64,000 nt of DNA from a virus. Each line of letters starts with the position of its first letter. Positions within the stretch are counted from its first letter, which is position 1. The DNA is taken from positions 9,141 to 73,140 of IMG/VR virus record IMGVR_UViG_3300021963_000097; one strand, 5' to 3'. Shown in pieces: positions 1 to 9,097 of this stretch. Position numbers and translations under genes: made by a program. A model generated the notes under the pieces. That model was not told the DNA's origin and did not search any database. It worked only from the letters and a program-made list of their open reading frames with translations.

Positions 1-213
1 TGGGAAGAGCATTTGGTAGAACTCGTCGCTCACGAACTACGTCATATCTGGCAATACAAGAACAGCAAGCGCTTACCACGCGAAGTAAAGCGTATCCGCA
101 AACTGAACCTAGGTACCCGCGCTGACCTCTCTGAGGTAGATGCCTCGTTATATGCTAAGAGAGTGGTACGGATGTACCGTAAAGATAGTACCTTTAAGGT
201 TAATCGTACGTAG
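1..213 (+). CDS. Zincin-like metallopeptidase-motif protein, 5' truncated by window edge
   Basis: Frame open from base 1 (WEEHLVELVAHELRHIWQ); HExxH motif followed by a downstream E (SEVDA). Confidence 0.55.
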   Translation, partial: WEEHLVELVAHELRHIWQYKNSKRLPREVKRIRKLNLGTRADLSEVDASLYAKRVVRMYRKDSTFKVNRT

Positions 214-295
214 GCTTGGGATGAGAGCTACGCTCTCGTGTGTTATAAGAATGCTTAGGCACTAGCAAAGAATACAATCAAGAGTAATTAGTAAT

Positions 296-937
296 ATGAT
301 TATACCGGTATTTAATTCCCAGATTGCAGTATATCAATTTGATCAGATGGAGTTGTACGGCCCGGGAACTCCTTTTGCTTCTAAGGTTGATGATTACTTT
401 AATGATGAAATTTTTGCTCAAAACAAGCCGGACGAGGTCTCCGGTAAGACTATAACATCGCTCGGCTACGCCCAGTTGCGCCCGTTAAAAAAAGCTCTTG
501 ATTTTGACACCAACACATTAGGTAAATGGATTGATAGTACTATTATGCAAGGAGCGCATGATATTGGCCTAAAACCTCAAGAGCCGTTTACTTTAACTCG
601 TAACTGGGGTAACCGGATATATCAACATGCTAGTGTACGGTGTCATACTCATACGCGACCGGGGTGCCATATAGTGGGGGTATTTTATTATGAGGCTCCC
701 GCCCAGAGTGCAGATATAGTATTTGTTAATAACCGTACGGAGAACGTTGAGCTATCCCACTACCCAGAAAGCGAACGCTTTAGAGTTAGTCCTAAGCCCG
801 GAATGCTTATATGTCACAGCCCTTGGTTAGTACACGGTACCGATGCCCATTTATTAGACCAAGTACGTACTTGTTTTGTATACGAGGGTACGTTTCTTAA
901 TATGGCTATTAGAACGTTACGCGAGCCTCAGTTCTAG
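296..937 (+). CDS. Putative Fe(II)/2-oxoglutarate oxygenase (TIGR02466-like phage type)
   Basis: HTH...IVGVFYY, PKPGMLI..PWLVHG and RTCFVY match the HxH...H...R double-stranded beta-helix pattern. Confidence 0.75.
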   Translation: MIIPVFNSQIAVYQFDQMELYGPGTPFASKVDDYFNDEIFAQNKPDEVSGKTITSLGYAQLRPLKKALDFDTNTLGKWIDSTIMQGAHDIGLKPQEPFTLTRNWGNRIYQHASVRCHTHTRPGCHIVGVFYYEAPAQSADIVFVNNRTENVELSHYPESERFRVSPKPGMLICHSPWLVHGTDAHLLDQVRTCFVYEGTFLNMAIRTLREPQF

Positions 938-948
938 TAAGTAAATGG

Positions 949-1119
949 GTGGAAACTCAAACTACTTTCTGGGAATACGACTTTCAACTCTTATCGGATG
1001 GGAGTATCTTGTTCGATAAAAACTTGCAAGGCGAGCAATTGAACATAGTTACGGGCGATCTATTTGAAGCGATTATAGTGCCCGATGCCGGGATTATGCT
1101 AAAGCGTCTGCCTAAGTAA
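949..1119 (+). CDS. Small hypothetical protein (56 aa, GTG start; not in ORF track)
   Basis: Translates METQTTFWEYDFQLLSDGSILFDKNLQGEQLNIVTGDLFEAIIVPDAGIMLKRLPK; fills the intergenic gap and is preceded by TAAGTA. Confidence 0.55.
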   Translation: METQTTFWEYDFQLLSDGSILFDKNLQGEQLNIVTGDLFEAIIVPDAGIMLKRLPK

Positions 1120-1125
1120 TATTTT

Positions 1126-1785
1126 ATGAACGCCTCGAAGCACAGCCGTCAACTCCTTACAGAAAAGTATCTTGAAATTGCTCAGTTAAATGAATCGAGC
1201 GCAGAAGCTGTTAAAAATGCAGTTTCTCGTCGTATTGTTAATCAACATATTGAATTAATTGCTAAATACGGAATTGAAGAAGTAACGAATGCTATTGAAG
1301 ACATTGCGAGCGGGATGGAGGAAGAGGACTTAGAAGAAATCGGTAGTAGTGATGTAAGTTATTGGGTATCGTGTGTTATTAAAATGTTAGAGAAGAGAGG
1401 CCCTAACTCTAACCCTGTACGTACTGAAGCAAAGGGAATAAAGAACCCTAATGATGGTAAAGAATATGAATACTATAATGATTCGTACGAGTATGAAGGA
1501 GTTCCTTATAACGTTTATGCTAATTTCTTTAAAGAACAAAAGCCTACAGGCTTTAAGCCTGGCAAAGACAGCGAGCGTGGTTACGGCGGAAGGGATGTGT
1601 ATTCCTCAGTAGCTACAGACCTTGATGACTTAGTAGTATACAAATACGATACCAATACCGATAAAGAGACTCAAGTACTTGATCCTAAGTTACTTGAGAT
1701 GATCGGTAAAGATATACTCGAGTTATATAATAGCAATTCTGATAACGGCGGCGAACGTAGTATGGGTCCTGATGTTCGCGGTTAA
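1126..1785 (+). CDS. Hypothetical protein, probable internal head protein
   Basis: N-terminal LLTEKY...LNE motif shared with neighbours; acidic; TAAGTA 7 nt upstream. Confidence 0.55.
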   Translation: MNASKHSRQLLTEKYLEIAQLNESSAEAVKNAVSRRIVNQHIELIAKYGIEEVTNAIEDIASGMEEEDLEEIGSSDVSYWVSCVIKMLEKRGPNSNPVRTEAKGIKNPNDGKEYEYYNDSYEYEGVPYNVYANFFKEQKPTGFKPGKDSERGYGGRDVYSSVATDLDDLVVYKYDTNTDKETQVLDPKLLEMIGKDILELYNSNSDNGGERSMGPDVRG

Positions 1786-1799
1786 AACTTTTATATCTT

Positions 1800-2048
1800 A
1801 TGGCTTTAAATCACTTATTAACGGAAAAGTATCTTAACTTACGTAATGTAAAAGAAGCAGCAGGTAGTCATATAGCTCCTGAGCAAGCATTTAATATCAT
1901 ACAAAGTAAATTTGAAATAGGAAGTATTGCTGCTGTTGAAGTAACTACTCATTACGGTAATATGGTATTGCCTATGGTTGAGATATGGGAGCAAGATGGC
2001 GTGTTAAAGATTTCAGTTGATGTAAGTCAGCACCTCGACAAGCTATAA
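1800..2048 (+). CDS. Hypothetical protein, probable internal head protein
   Basis: N-terminus MALNHLLTEKYL..VKE nearly identical to that of the preceding gene. Confidence 0.55.
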   Translation: MALNHLLTEKYLNLRNVKEAAGSHIAPEQAFNIIQSKFEIGSIAAVEVTTHYGNMVLPMVEIWEQDGVLKISVDVSQHLDKL

Positions 2049-2052
2049 TAAC

Positions 2053-2703
2053 ATGACGTTTAGTGAATACTTTAATCTCTGGGAAGCCAAGCAGCGATTA
2101 GATCCTAAGTGCTGGGCTGGTTACCGTAAAGATGGTACCAAGATGAAAGGCGGTAAGCGGGTTAACAACTGTGTTAAAGAGAATCTCACTGAAGCGTATA
2201 AAATATCATCTAGCTTTAGTGATTTACCAGAAACTGCGCCGCATGGTTTCTGGATAACTAAAGACGGTAAAATTATAGTAGTATCACGCATGTACGGTCA
2301 TGATGAAGTACTCCAACAAATAATACCAGATGAGTTAAAAGGAGCAATCGGTATGAAGGCTCTTGATATTGCTCTAAAGCTTGGAATGATGCGAGTGGCT
2401 AAGACTGGCGGCTCTTATGAAATAACTTACCATCCTTTATATATGAAAGGAACTGCTGCAAAGAAGACAGCTAAAGATATTGCTGCATTTTATGGTATGG
2501 GTATAATTGATAACTTTAATTTTTATGAAGAAAACTTTGCTGATGGCAAGAACCCCCAACATAAGGGTGATAGCAAACGTTACGGGGTACCTACTAAGTC
2601 TTCTGTGAGTAATTTACGTAAGGTAGCTAAACAAGGCGGCCGCAAAGGACAGTTAGCACATTGGATGGCTAATATGAAAGCAGGTAAGGCTAAGAAGAAA
2701 TAA
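2053..2703 (+). CDS. Modular T4-like internal head protein
   Basis: MTFSEYFNLWE resembles the T4 capsid-targeting sequence; carries DPKCWAGY..GTKMKGGKRVNNCV and ENFADGK modules recalled from T4-like phage virion proteins. Confidence 0.6.
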   Translation: MTFSEYFNLWEAKQRLDPKCWAGYRKDGTKMKGGKRVNNCVKENLTEAYKISSSFSDLPETAPHGFWITKDGKIIVVSRMYGHDEVLQQIIPDELKGAIGMKALDIALKLGMMRVAKTGGSYEITYHPLYMKGTAAKKTAKDIAAFYGMGIIDNFNFYEENFADGKNPQHKGDSKRYGVPTKSSVSNLRKVAKQGGRKGQLAHWMANMKAGKAKKK

Positions 2704-2704
2704 C

Positions 2705-2732
2705 TTGATTTAATTGTTGGTTAATATAAGAT
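2705..2732 (+). promoter_or_regulatory. Sigma70-like promoter TTGATT-N16-TAAGAT
   Basis: Same 16-bp-spacer architecture recurs at about 10 sites in the window. Confidence 0.55.
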
Positions 2733-2755
2733 ATATGTGAAAGGAGAAAACACAT

Positions 2756-2971
2756 ATGCCAACACACAATAAATCAGGCTATGAAATCAGACTCGAACTG
2801 TTACAAATGGCGATGTCACTGGTCAACGACCGGTACCATACATCATTAAATAGCCAGCGGGAGTACGCAGAGAAGACCGGTCAGTCTTCTTATGAAGTAC
2901 CCGAAGACAATCGTGTAGCTAACGCTATTACGATTGCAGCAGAGTTATATGGTTTCGTAGGTACGAAGTAA
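2756..2971 (+). CDS. Conserved small phage hypothetical protein
   Basis: YEIRLELLQMA motif; clear SD (AAAGGAG), own promoter and terminator. Confidence 0.7.
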   Translation: MPTHNKSGYEIRLELLQMAMSLVNDRYHTSLNSQREYAEKTGQSSYEVPEDNRVANAITIAAELYGFVGTK

Positions 2972-3000
2972 AAACTCGTATTAATAGTTAATTAGATTCA

Positions 3001-3035
3001 TAGGGCTTAGGTTTATTCCTAGGCCCTATTTTTTT
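3001..3035 (+). terminator. Rho-independent terminator
   Basis: TAGGGCTTAGG-loop-CCTAGGCCCTA followed by a T7 tract. Confidence 0.8.
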
Positions 3036-3069
3036 GTATAAAAATACCCCTAAAGGGGTAAATAAGTTT

Positions 3070-3303
3070 ATGGCTAACGCAGCAGATAAATATAAAGATA
3101 ATATAACTGGTAAGTTCTATGTTGATACTCAATGCATTGATTGTGATCTATGCAGAGAGACTGCACCGGACTTCTTTACCCGTAATGAAGACGGAGGTTA
3201 TAGTTATGTTCACACTCAACCGGTTACGGAGAGTGATATTGCACAATGTATGGAAGCTCTTCAAGGGTGCCCAGTTGAAGCAATCGGTAATGATGGACCG
3301 TAA
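3070..3303 (+). CDS. Ferredoxin (single-cluster 4Fe-4S/3Fe-4S type)
   Basis: CIDCDLC...APDFF...CPVEAI motif; ATG at 3070 lies 5 nt after TAAATA and is preferred over the track's upstream start. Confidence 0.9.
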   Translation: MANAADKYKDNITGKFYVDTQCIDCDLCRETAPDFFTRNEDGGYSYVHTQPVTESDIAQCMEALQGCPVEAIGNDGP

Positions 3304-3311
3304 GTAACTAT

Positions 3312-3623
3312 ATGAACGAACAGCACGCAACAATGGAAGTACCAGAATGGTCTGCTAAGATCTGTGCTGCTATGGTTGCTGGTGGGTACAGTCAAAAGAC
3401 CTTTGAGGCTGATGATGTAGTACGTATCTTTAAAGAAGAAATGGATGACGCTCTCAGTACTCTTGAAGTCTGGACCGCATTACAAGATGCCGTAGGCGAG
3501 GGGTTTATGGTAGTTAACCGCTTGGGCCAGTACAGGTTAACAACTTCTGGGGTAGAAATGGGTACCTATATACTGAGAGACATGGATACCGGATTAGACG
3601 ATTTAGGTATACAAAAGATGTAA
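3312..3623 (+). CDS. Hypothetical protein (possible winged-helix)
   Basis: LQDAVGEGFMVVNRLGQYRLTTSG resembles a wHTH wing; TAAGTA upstream. Confidence 0.45.
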   Translation: MNEQHATMEVPEWSAKICAAMVAGGYSQKTFEADDVVRIFKEEMDDALSTLEVWTALQDAVGEGFMVVNRLGQYRLTTSGVEMGTYILRDMDTGLDDLGIQKM

Positions 3624-3631
3624 ATAACTTT

Positions 3632-3913
3632 ATGCAAGACCGTAGCTTTAATAAACTCGTACAATTACTCGAAACCATTGATCCTAATCTTAATGATAAC
3701 CCGGCACCGGTCGGCGAGGATCATGAAGTGAGTATGGCAACCACTCAGATAGATAACATTATAGCTAATGCTGTTAAGATTAAAGAGATGATGCAATCTC
3801 TCTCGACGGAAGAAGATGTTGAAGCCTGGATTCAGTCCAAGCTTACGCTTGCTGATAGTTATTTAAACTCAGTGAGCGGGGCAATGCGCACTGATATAAA
3901 GCTCGGACAGTAA
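3632..3913 (+). CDS. Hypothetical protein, probable internal head protein
   Basis: SFNKLVQLLE N-terminus; DHEVSMA...AWIQSKLTLADSYL module recalled from T4-like phages. Confidence 0.55.
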   Translation: MQDRSFNKLVQLLETIDPNLNDNPAPVGEDHEVSMATTQIDNIIANAVKIKEMMQSLSTEEDVEAWIQSKLTLADSYLNSVSGAMRTDIKLGQ

Positions 3914-3916
3914 GAC

Positions 3917-4054
3917 TTACTTTCTCTTCTTGCCACGATCAGAACGGGTAGCACGTATTGTACGAGCCACACCCCCACGCGCTCTTATTACAGATGCTTT
4001 CTCTTTAGTTAGAACTGGTATATACCCGATTACTCCATGTACGTTAGTTGCCAT
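3917..4054 (-). CDS. Small basic hypothetical protein (45 aa; not in ORF track)
   Basis: MATNVHGVIGYIPVLTKEKASVIRARGGVARTIRATRSDRGKKRK; fills the gap, with TATAAT upstream. Confidence 0.5.
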   Translation of the reverse strand: MATNVHGVIGYIPVLTKEKASVIRARGGVARTIRATRSDRGKKRK

Positions 4055-4092
4055 AATTTAATTATAATAGATTAAGTTAAAAACTAATCAAC

Positions 4093-4488
4093 TTATTCTT
4101 GGTCGGAAATCTTTACTGCCACCATTACGGGGGCTGGTTGAGTTCCATAAGCCATGAAAACGAGTTTACCTTTTTCATTTTCTTCTACGGTACCAATATC
4201 ATGACTCTCTATTTCCATACCGGTAGTTTGGAGTAAGAGCTGAAAAGCTGCTTTCTTGCCTTCCGTACTTACCTGGGCTTCAATTAATGCTTTAGTAAAC
4301 ACTAGACCAAATTCATTGAGCTCTTTTATTTTAGCGCGATAAAACGCAACGCCTTGTTTTTGTCCTTCAAAGGTAAACTTATGCTTGCCTTTACATTCGT
4401 GGTTAAATACTTCAAAAGCAGGCTTGGCAAACACATTCTCTTCGTGTCTTTCAATTAAGGTAAAAAATGATTTAGTGTATTTATCCAT
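4093..4488 (-). CDS. Hypothetical protein
   Basis: 131-aa ORF with TAAATA 5 nt upstream; SFFTLIE N-terminal motif. Confidence 0.6.
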   Translation of the reverse strand: MDKYTKSFFTLIERHEENVFAKPAFEVFNHECKGKHKFTFEGQKQGVAFYRAKIKELNEFGLVFTKALIEAQVSTEGKKAAFQLLLQTTGMEIESHDIGTVEENEKGKLVFMAYGTQPAPVMVAVKISDQE

Positions 4489-4496
4489 ATGTTTAT

Positions 4497-4757
4497 TTAT
4501 TGATTACTGGAAAGAGATCGTGCATTGCTTGAAAGTGATTTAATATTATCCACTAGTATCTGTTCACTGAGAGCAGTATTAAACATAAACTTACCATGGC
4601 TAAACCGGTACAGTTGCTTTATACTATCACAAGCAATCTCCTCTCCTTCTTTTAACCCAAGCTCATTTAATCGGTTTAATATATCCGGACTACTCGGCAT
4701 AGAGTATACTATGGCGCGCTGCCCGGGAGCAAGATTAGTGAGTACAGTAGGAGGCAC
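4497..4757 (-). CDS. feoA: FeoA-family (SH3-like) protein
   Basis: LTNLAPGQRAIV...LNRLNELGLKEGEEI matches the FeoA consensus; TAAGTA 6 nt before GTG. Confidence 0.7.
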   Translation of the reverse strand: MPPTVLTNLAPGQRAIVYSMPSSPDILNRLNELGLKEGEEIACDSIKQLYRFSHGKFMFNTALSEQILVDNIKSLSSNARSLSSNQ

Positions 4758-4813
4758 TTTAATTACTTACCTTTATTATTAGGTTTTTAAAGTAAGTATA
4801 TCACAATTACTCT

Positions 4814-6217
4814 ATGAATCCTAATTTTAAGAAGAAGAAGCCTTTGCCATATAAAAATTTAGGGGAGTTGTATACTGAAGCAGTACAAGGGGAGCCCAGT
4901 ATTAATCGTTTTTTTGAAACGAAAGACTACGAGGTTTATATTGGTAAAAGAAATGATCCCAAAGACACAAAAGGGTTTGAAGTAGATGAACCCACAGCAG
5001 TAAAAATTACTAGAATTATTAATAATATAGACAATAATACAGAAGGATTAATTAAAGACCTTTTAGAACAAAGTGGGTTTCCTTCAGACGGGGATATTCT
5101 TACTTTAACTGTTGAGGCATTTAATAAACAAAACATTGACAGTAAAGAGCTAGAAGAAGTTATAGAGCAGAAAAAAGGTAAAAAACTTACGCTTCTTGAG
5201 GGTAAATTAAACTCTGGGGAGGTATTTAACATTAAAGAAAATGTGTTAGTGCCGGTCGTTGAACAAATGTACCCGGACATTGACAAAGCGACCCCAAGAG
5301 ACCTAATTGATAATCTTTTTAAGATAACCCCTTCCCAAAAAACTGTTGGGGTGGGGCCAGGGGAGGTATGCATTGCTCTTTTTACTAATTCTGTAAAAGG
5401 AAGCCCAGGGGATTTAATTTGCGGGGATAAAAAAATTGAAGTTAAAGCCAATGGGGGCCGTGTAGGTAAATCCGGTTACTCTTTAGGGTTTCCTACATAT
5501 GCTAAGATAGTATTAAAAAATAGCGCCTCTATAGTTCAATCTAAATATATTATTACAATTAATAGGGCAGCGCAAAACATTGAAAAAAACGAATATTATA
5601 AAAATAATAATAATTTAGTCAGTTATATTGAGAATATTAAAGTCTCTATTAATAATAAAAATACAGACAGTAAAAAAATTGAAGAATTAATCCTACAAGG
5701 AAAAGAAATTGTTGAATTAAAGCCCCGATTCGCTATTCGGGTCGAGCTTGAAAAAATTATTAATGCATTAGAAAATACAATGAAATTTTTATTGTCTGGA
5801 AAAACCCCGGCTTGGAGTCAAACTGTTCAAGATTTTTTCTTTAATCACCTCTTAACCCAGGAACAAATTATTAACGGGCTAATTGAACTAAGATCGGAAC
5901 CTGATGGGGATTTAGAGTCTCTTAGAGCCGCATTAAGCGGAATTATTACAGATGAAAATTACTTTAAAGGGGAAGACGGCAGAAAGAAATTAGATAGGCT
6001 AACTTTAGCTATACAGACAGCTAGTTACCAATGCCACGAAAAATTTAATTACCTTTTAGTTATTAATGAAAGATATAAAGCTGTAAGTTTGAAATTTGAT
6101 AGTGCAGCCTTGGACGCTAGTTTTAACCAAATGCTAGAATATATTGACAAATACTCATTAACCACTGGCTTCGCTAACGACCCAACACGTAAAGCTATTA
6201 GTATCGAGTTGCCTTAA
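4814..6217 (+). CDS. Hypothetical protein with PD-(D/E)xK nuclease-like motif
   Basis: GVGPGE...GDLICGDKKIEVKANGGR. Confidence 0.5.
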   Translation: MNPNFKKKKPLPYKNLGELYTEAVQGEPSINRFFETKDYEVYIGKRNDPKDTKGFEVDEPTAVKITRIINNIDNNTEGLIKDLLEQSGFPSDGDILTLTVEAFNKQNIDSKELEEVIEQKKGKKLTLLEGKLNSGEVFNIKENVLVPVVEQMYPDIDKATPRDLIDNLFKITPSQKTVGVGPGEVCIALFTNSVKGSPGDLICGDKKIEVKANGGRVGKSGYSLGFPTYAKIVLKNSASIVQSKYIITINRAAQNIEKNEYYKNNNNLVSYIENIKVSINNKNTDSKKIEELILQGKEIVELKPRFAIRVELEKIINALENTMKFLLSGKTPAWSQTVQDFFFNHLLTQEQIINGLIELRSEPDGDLESLRAALSGIITDENYFKGEDGRKKLDRLTLAIQTASYQCHEKFNYLLVINERYKAVSLKFDSAALDASFNQMLEYIDKYSLTTGFANDPTRKAISIELP

Positions 6218-6220
6218 AAA

Positions 6221-7996
6221 ATGCCTAAGCCTAAAGAGCAAACGTTCTACCTCGGTAATAAAAACTTACCGGTACCAGAGACTAACTTTGACTGGACGCC
6301 AGAGATGGTGGAAGATCTTGAACGCGCACGCAAGTCTATATTACACTTCTCTCGTTTTTTTTATATTGTTAATCTTGACGAAGGTAAACAACCTATTAAG
6401 CTTTATACCTACCAGAAGCGTATATTAAAAGCACTCGTAGATAATAGATTTAACGTAGTACTTGCTTCGCGACAAATTGGTAAAACGACAATCCTAACTA
6501 TTTTTGCTCTCTGGATGGTGTGCTTCGCAGATGATTATAGAGTGCTTCTTATTGCTAATAAAGAAAGTACTGCTATTAATATCTTTAAACGTATTCGTTT
6601 AGCATATGAGATGTTACCTAACTTTTTAAAGCCAGGCGTTATCAACTATGCTAAGACTGGTATTGAATTAGCTAATGGTTCTTCTATTGGTATTAGTACT
6701 ACGACTTCAGATGCAGCCAGAGGTGAATCTATTAATTGCCTTTTAATTGATGAGGCTGCATTTATTCCGGCAGAGTTTATGAATGACTTTTGGGAATCAG
6801 TATTCCCGGTTATTTCGTCTTCTAAAAAGTCTAAGATCTTTATGTTGTCTACCCCTAATGGAGTGGGCAATCTCTTTTATAACATCTATACAGAATCATT
6901 AGATGGGGGTAATGGTTGGCATAATGAGAAAGTTGATTGGTGGGAGGTACCCGGTAGAGATGAAAAATGGAGAGACATGACTGCTAAGGCTCTCGGTTCT
7001 ACAGATGCATTCGATCAAGAGTACGGCAACTCCTTTAGATCTGCAGGGGAGAACGCTTTAGATAAAGATCAAATGGAAGAGTTTGAAAAGACTGCCCCAG
7101 ATCCCGTACTTGTAAGCGAAGACGGATGCTACACAATTTTTAGAGAAAGAAAGGATAGACATTTCTATACTATCGGGGTTGACGTGGGAGAGGGTATACA
7201 GAGAGCTAACTCCACTATACAAGTACTGGATATAACGGATTTAACTAACATAGAACAGGTCGCTTCCTACGCTAATAACAAGCTAGATCCTTTTAACTTT
7301 GCAGGGAAGCTCGTGGAAGTAGCCCATGAATGGGGACGTCCTCCTTTACTAGTAGAACGTAACAATTGCGGTGCCCAAGTAATCGATGCTTTAGTACATA
7401 CTCACAATTATGAGAGCATTGTGAAGTATACTCCGAGTATGGGTACTTTCACGGATAAGGTAGAAAGGGATAATCGGATGGGAGTGTATTCCCATACTAA
7501 TAGCAAGTTTAATGCAATGTCTAATCTTAGATATTGGATGGGCACCTTAAGATGCTTAAAGTTAAACGATAAAGAGACTATTCAAGAATTTAAAACCTAC
7601 GTAAGACAGGCTAATGGGGTGTGGAAGAAACAATCCGATCGCTATCTAGATGATAGAGTGGAAGCTTTAATTTGGGCATTATTTGCTCTAGATACCAAAG
7701 TTATAGAACAATTCTATGAGGTACTTGAGCGTGATGGTAATGGTAAGCCTTTAAAGATATTACCTCTTAATTGGAACCCTTACGAGGTAACTGATAACCA
7801 ATTTCCTAGTCAACAAGAATTATATAATAGATACGGTAAGGGCAAGATACCTTTAGATAGTAATCGTAATCCGGCTTTTATAGTAGGCAGCAATAAAGGT
7901 TCGGGCATTGCAGATATGGATGATATGATATCTCAAGGGTGGAAACCATTTAGCAGTAGCGGCAGTAGCGCCAGGCATGGTACTAGCTTATTTTAA
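6221..7996 (+). CDS. terL: Terminase large subunit (T4 gp17-like)
   Basis: Walker A ASRQIGKTT, Walker B LLIDEAAFI, STPNG coupling motif, nuclease GVDVGEG and DDRV. Confidence 0.97.
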   Translation: MPKPKEQTFYLGNKNLPVPETNFDWTPEMVEDLERARKSILHFSRFFYIVNLDEGKQPIKLYTYQKRILKALVDNRFNVVLASRQIGKTTILTIFALWMVCFADDYRVLLIANKESTAINIFKRIRLAYEMLPNFLKPGVINYAKTGIELANGSSIGISTTTSDAARGESINCLLIDEAAFIPAEFMNDFWESVFPVISSSKKSKIFMLSTPNGVGNLFYNIYTESLDGGNGWHNEKVDWWEVPGRDEKWRDMTAKALGSTDAFDQEYGNSFRSAGENALDKDQMEEFEKTAPDPVLVSEDGCYTIFRERKDRHFYTIGVDVGEGIQRANSTIQVLDITDLTNIEQVASYANNKLDPFNFAGKLVEVAHEWGRPPLLVERNNCGAQVIDALVHTHNYESIVKYTPSMGTFTDKVERDNRMGVYSHTNSKFNAMSNLRYWMGTLRCLKLNDKETIQEFKTYVRQANGVWKKQSDRYLDDRVEALIWALFALDTKVIEQFYEVLERDGNGKPLKILPLNWNPYEVTDNQFPSQQELYNRYGKGKIPLDSNRNPAFIVGSNKGSGIADMDDMISQGWKPFSSSGSSARHGTSLF

Positions 7997-8001
7997 TACA
8001 T

Positions 8002-8031
8002 AAAAAAACCCGCTAAGTTAATAGCGGGTTT
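8002..8031 (-). terminator. Rho-independent terminator between convergent genes
   Basis: AAACCCGCTA-loop-TAGCGGGTTT with an A7 tract on + (U-tract on -). Confidence 0.8.
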
Positions 8032-8052
8032 AGTATTTAAACTTACTATGTC

Positions 8053-9039
8053 TTACTCAAACATCTTCTTACCTGCAACAAGATTACCGGTCTTGTTATT
8101 CTTGCCTTGAAGAGCGGCATTGTTACCTTTCTCTTCTTTTGGCTCTGGCTGACTCTTTAATGAACCTTTTTCTGCTGTGCCGCCAGCTTTATGGAGGTCA
8201 CCGACTTTATTGTTCTTACCTTGGAGAGCGGCATTGTTGCCTTTCTCTTCCTTTGGCTCTGGTTGGGAGACTGCTTCAACCTTAACACTATCACCCATAG
8301 GTGCTTCGTCTGCACCATCTTCACTGCCGGCTTCGTCGCCGTCGTTTACTGAAACGCCTAAGCTTGACATTAAAATGTCATGAAGCTTTTGCGCTAATTC
8401 TTTTGGAAGAGTGATTGTTACATCTTGGGACTCTTCATCTGCACCCATGTCAGGGGCATCAGCGGCTGCATCATCGGCAGCTGCAACACCGTCCATGGCG
8501 TCTTCACTAGCATGCACAGGCACACTAGCATCTTCGGTGAAAGGAATGCCTTTAATTGCTTCCTCGTATAGTTGATCGAATTTTGGTTTTGACATAGTAA
8601 AATGTGGTTTGTAGTTATACTTATTACTCTCTTGTGCAGATTCCCGTACTTTTTCTTGCGGTGTTGTATTTTTTGCTGTTTCTGCCTCGTGAGCATTTTC
8701 TTTATCTTCCTTAGATTCTTTATCTTCTTCAACATCTTTCATTTCTTTTGGATCAGATGCTGGATCTTGAATCTTATCTACTTTCTTAAAATCGTTACCT
8801 TTAAGTCCCTCTGGGCCTGTCTTCTTTTGAAGAGGTGATATCTCTCCCTTAGTGCCTGGGCCGCCACCTAATGGACTGCCGGGCTTAACCTGCTTTTCTT
8901 CCTTAAGATACTGATTAACATCAGTCGCTAAAATGGTGTTAGATGCTTGTTCTGTTACCATAGATGCAATAGCATTCTGTGGAGTAGATGCAATACTTGC
9001 ATATATATCACCGAGTTCTGAAAGGGATTTAAGCTTCAT
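8053..9039 (-). CDS. Acidic low-complexity prohead core/scaffold-like protein
   Basis: Highly charged; LSELGDIY N-terminus; duplicated SQPEPKEEKGNNAALQGKNNK; possible nested start at 8595. Confidence 0.5.
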   Translation of the reverse strand: MKLKSLSELGDIYASIASTPQNAIASMVTEQASNTILATDVNQYLKEEKQVKPGSPLGGGPGTKGEISPLQKKTGPEGLKGNDFKKVDKIQDPASDPKEMKDVEEDKESKEDKENAHEAETAKNTTPQEKVRESAQESNKYNYKPHFTMSKPKFDQLYEEAIKGIPFTEDASVPVHASEDAMDGVAAADDAAADAPDMGADEESQDVTITLPKELAQKLHDILMSSLGVSVNDGDEAGSEDGADEAPMGDSVKVEAVSQPEPKEEKGNNAALQGKNNKVGDLHKAGGTAEKGSLKSQPEPKEEKGNNAALQGKNNKTGNLVAGKKMFE

Positions 9040-9097
9040 GTATAATATTATTTAGTATATTTGTCTTTAATTCTATACATTATAGTAAATATTTTTA

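Noticed and set aside
3034-3069. Track's upstream start for the ferredoxin
   Set aside because: It lies in the terminator tail; ATG at 3070 follows the TAAATA motif and fits the family length
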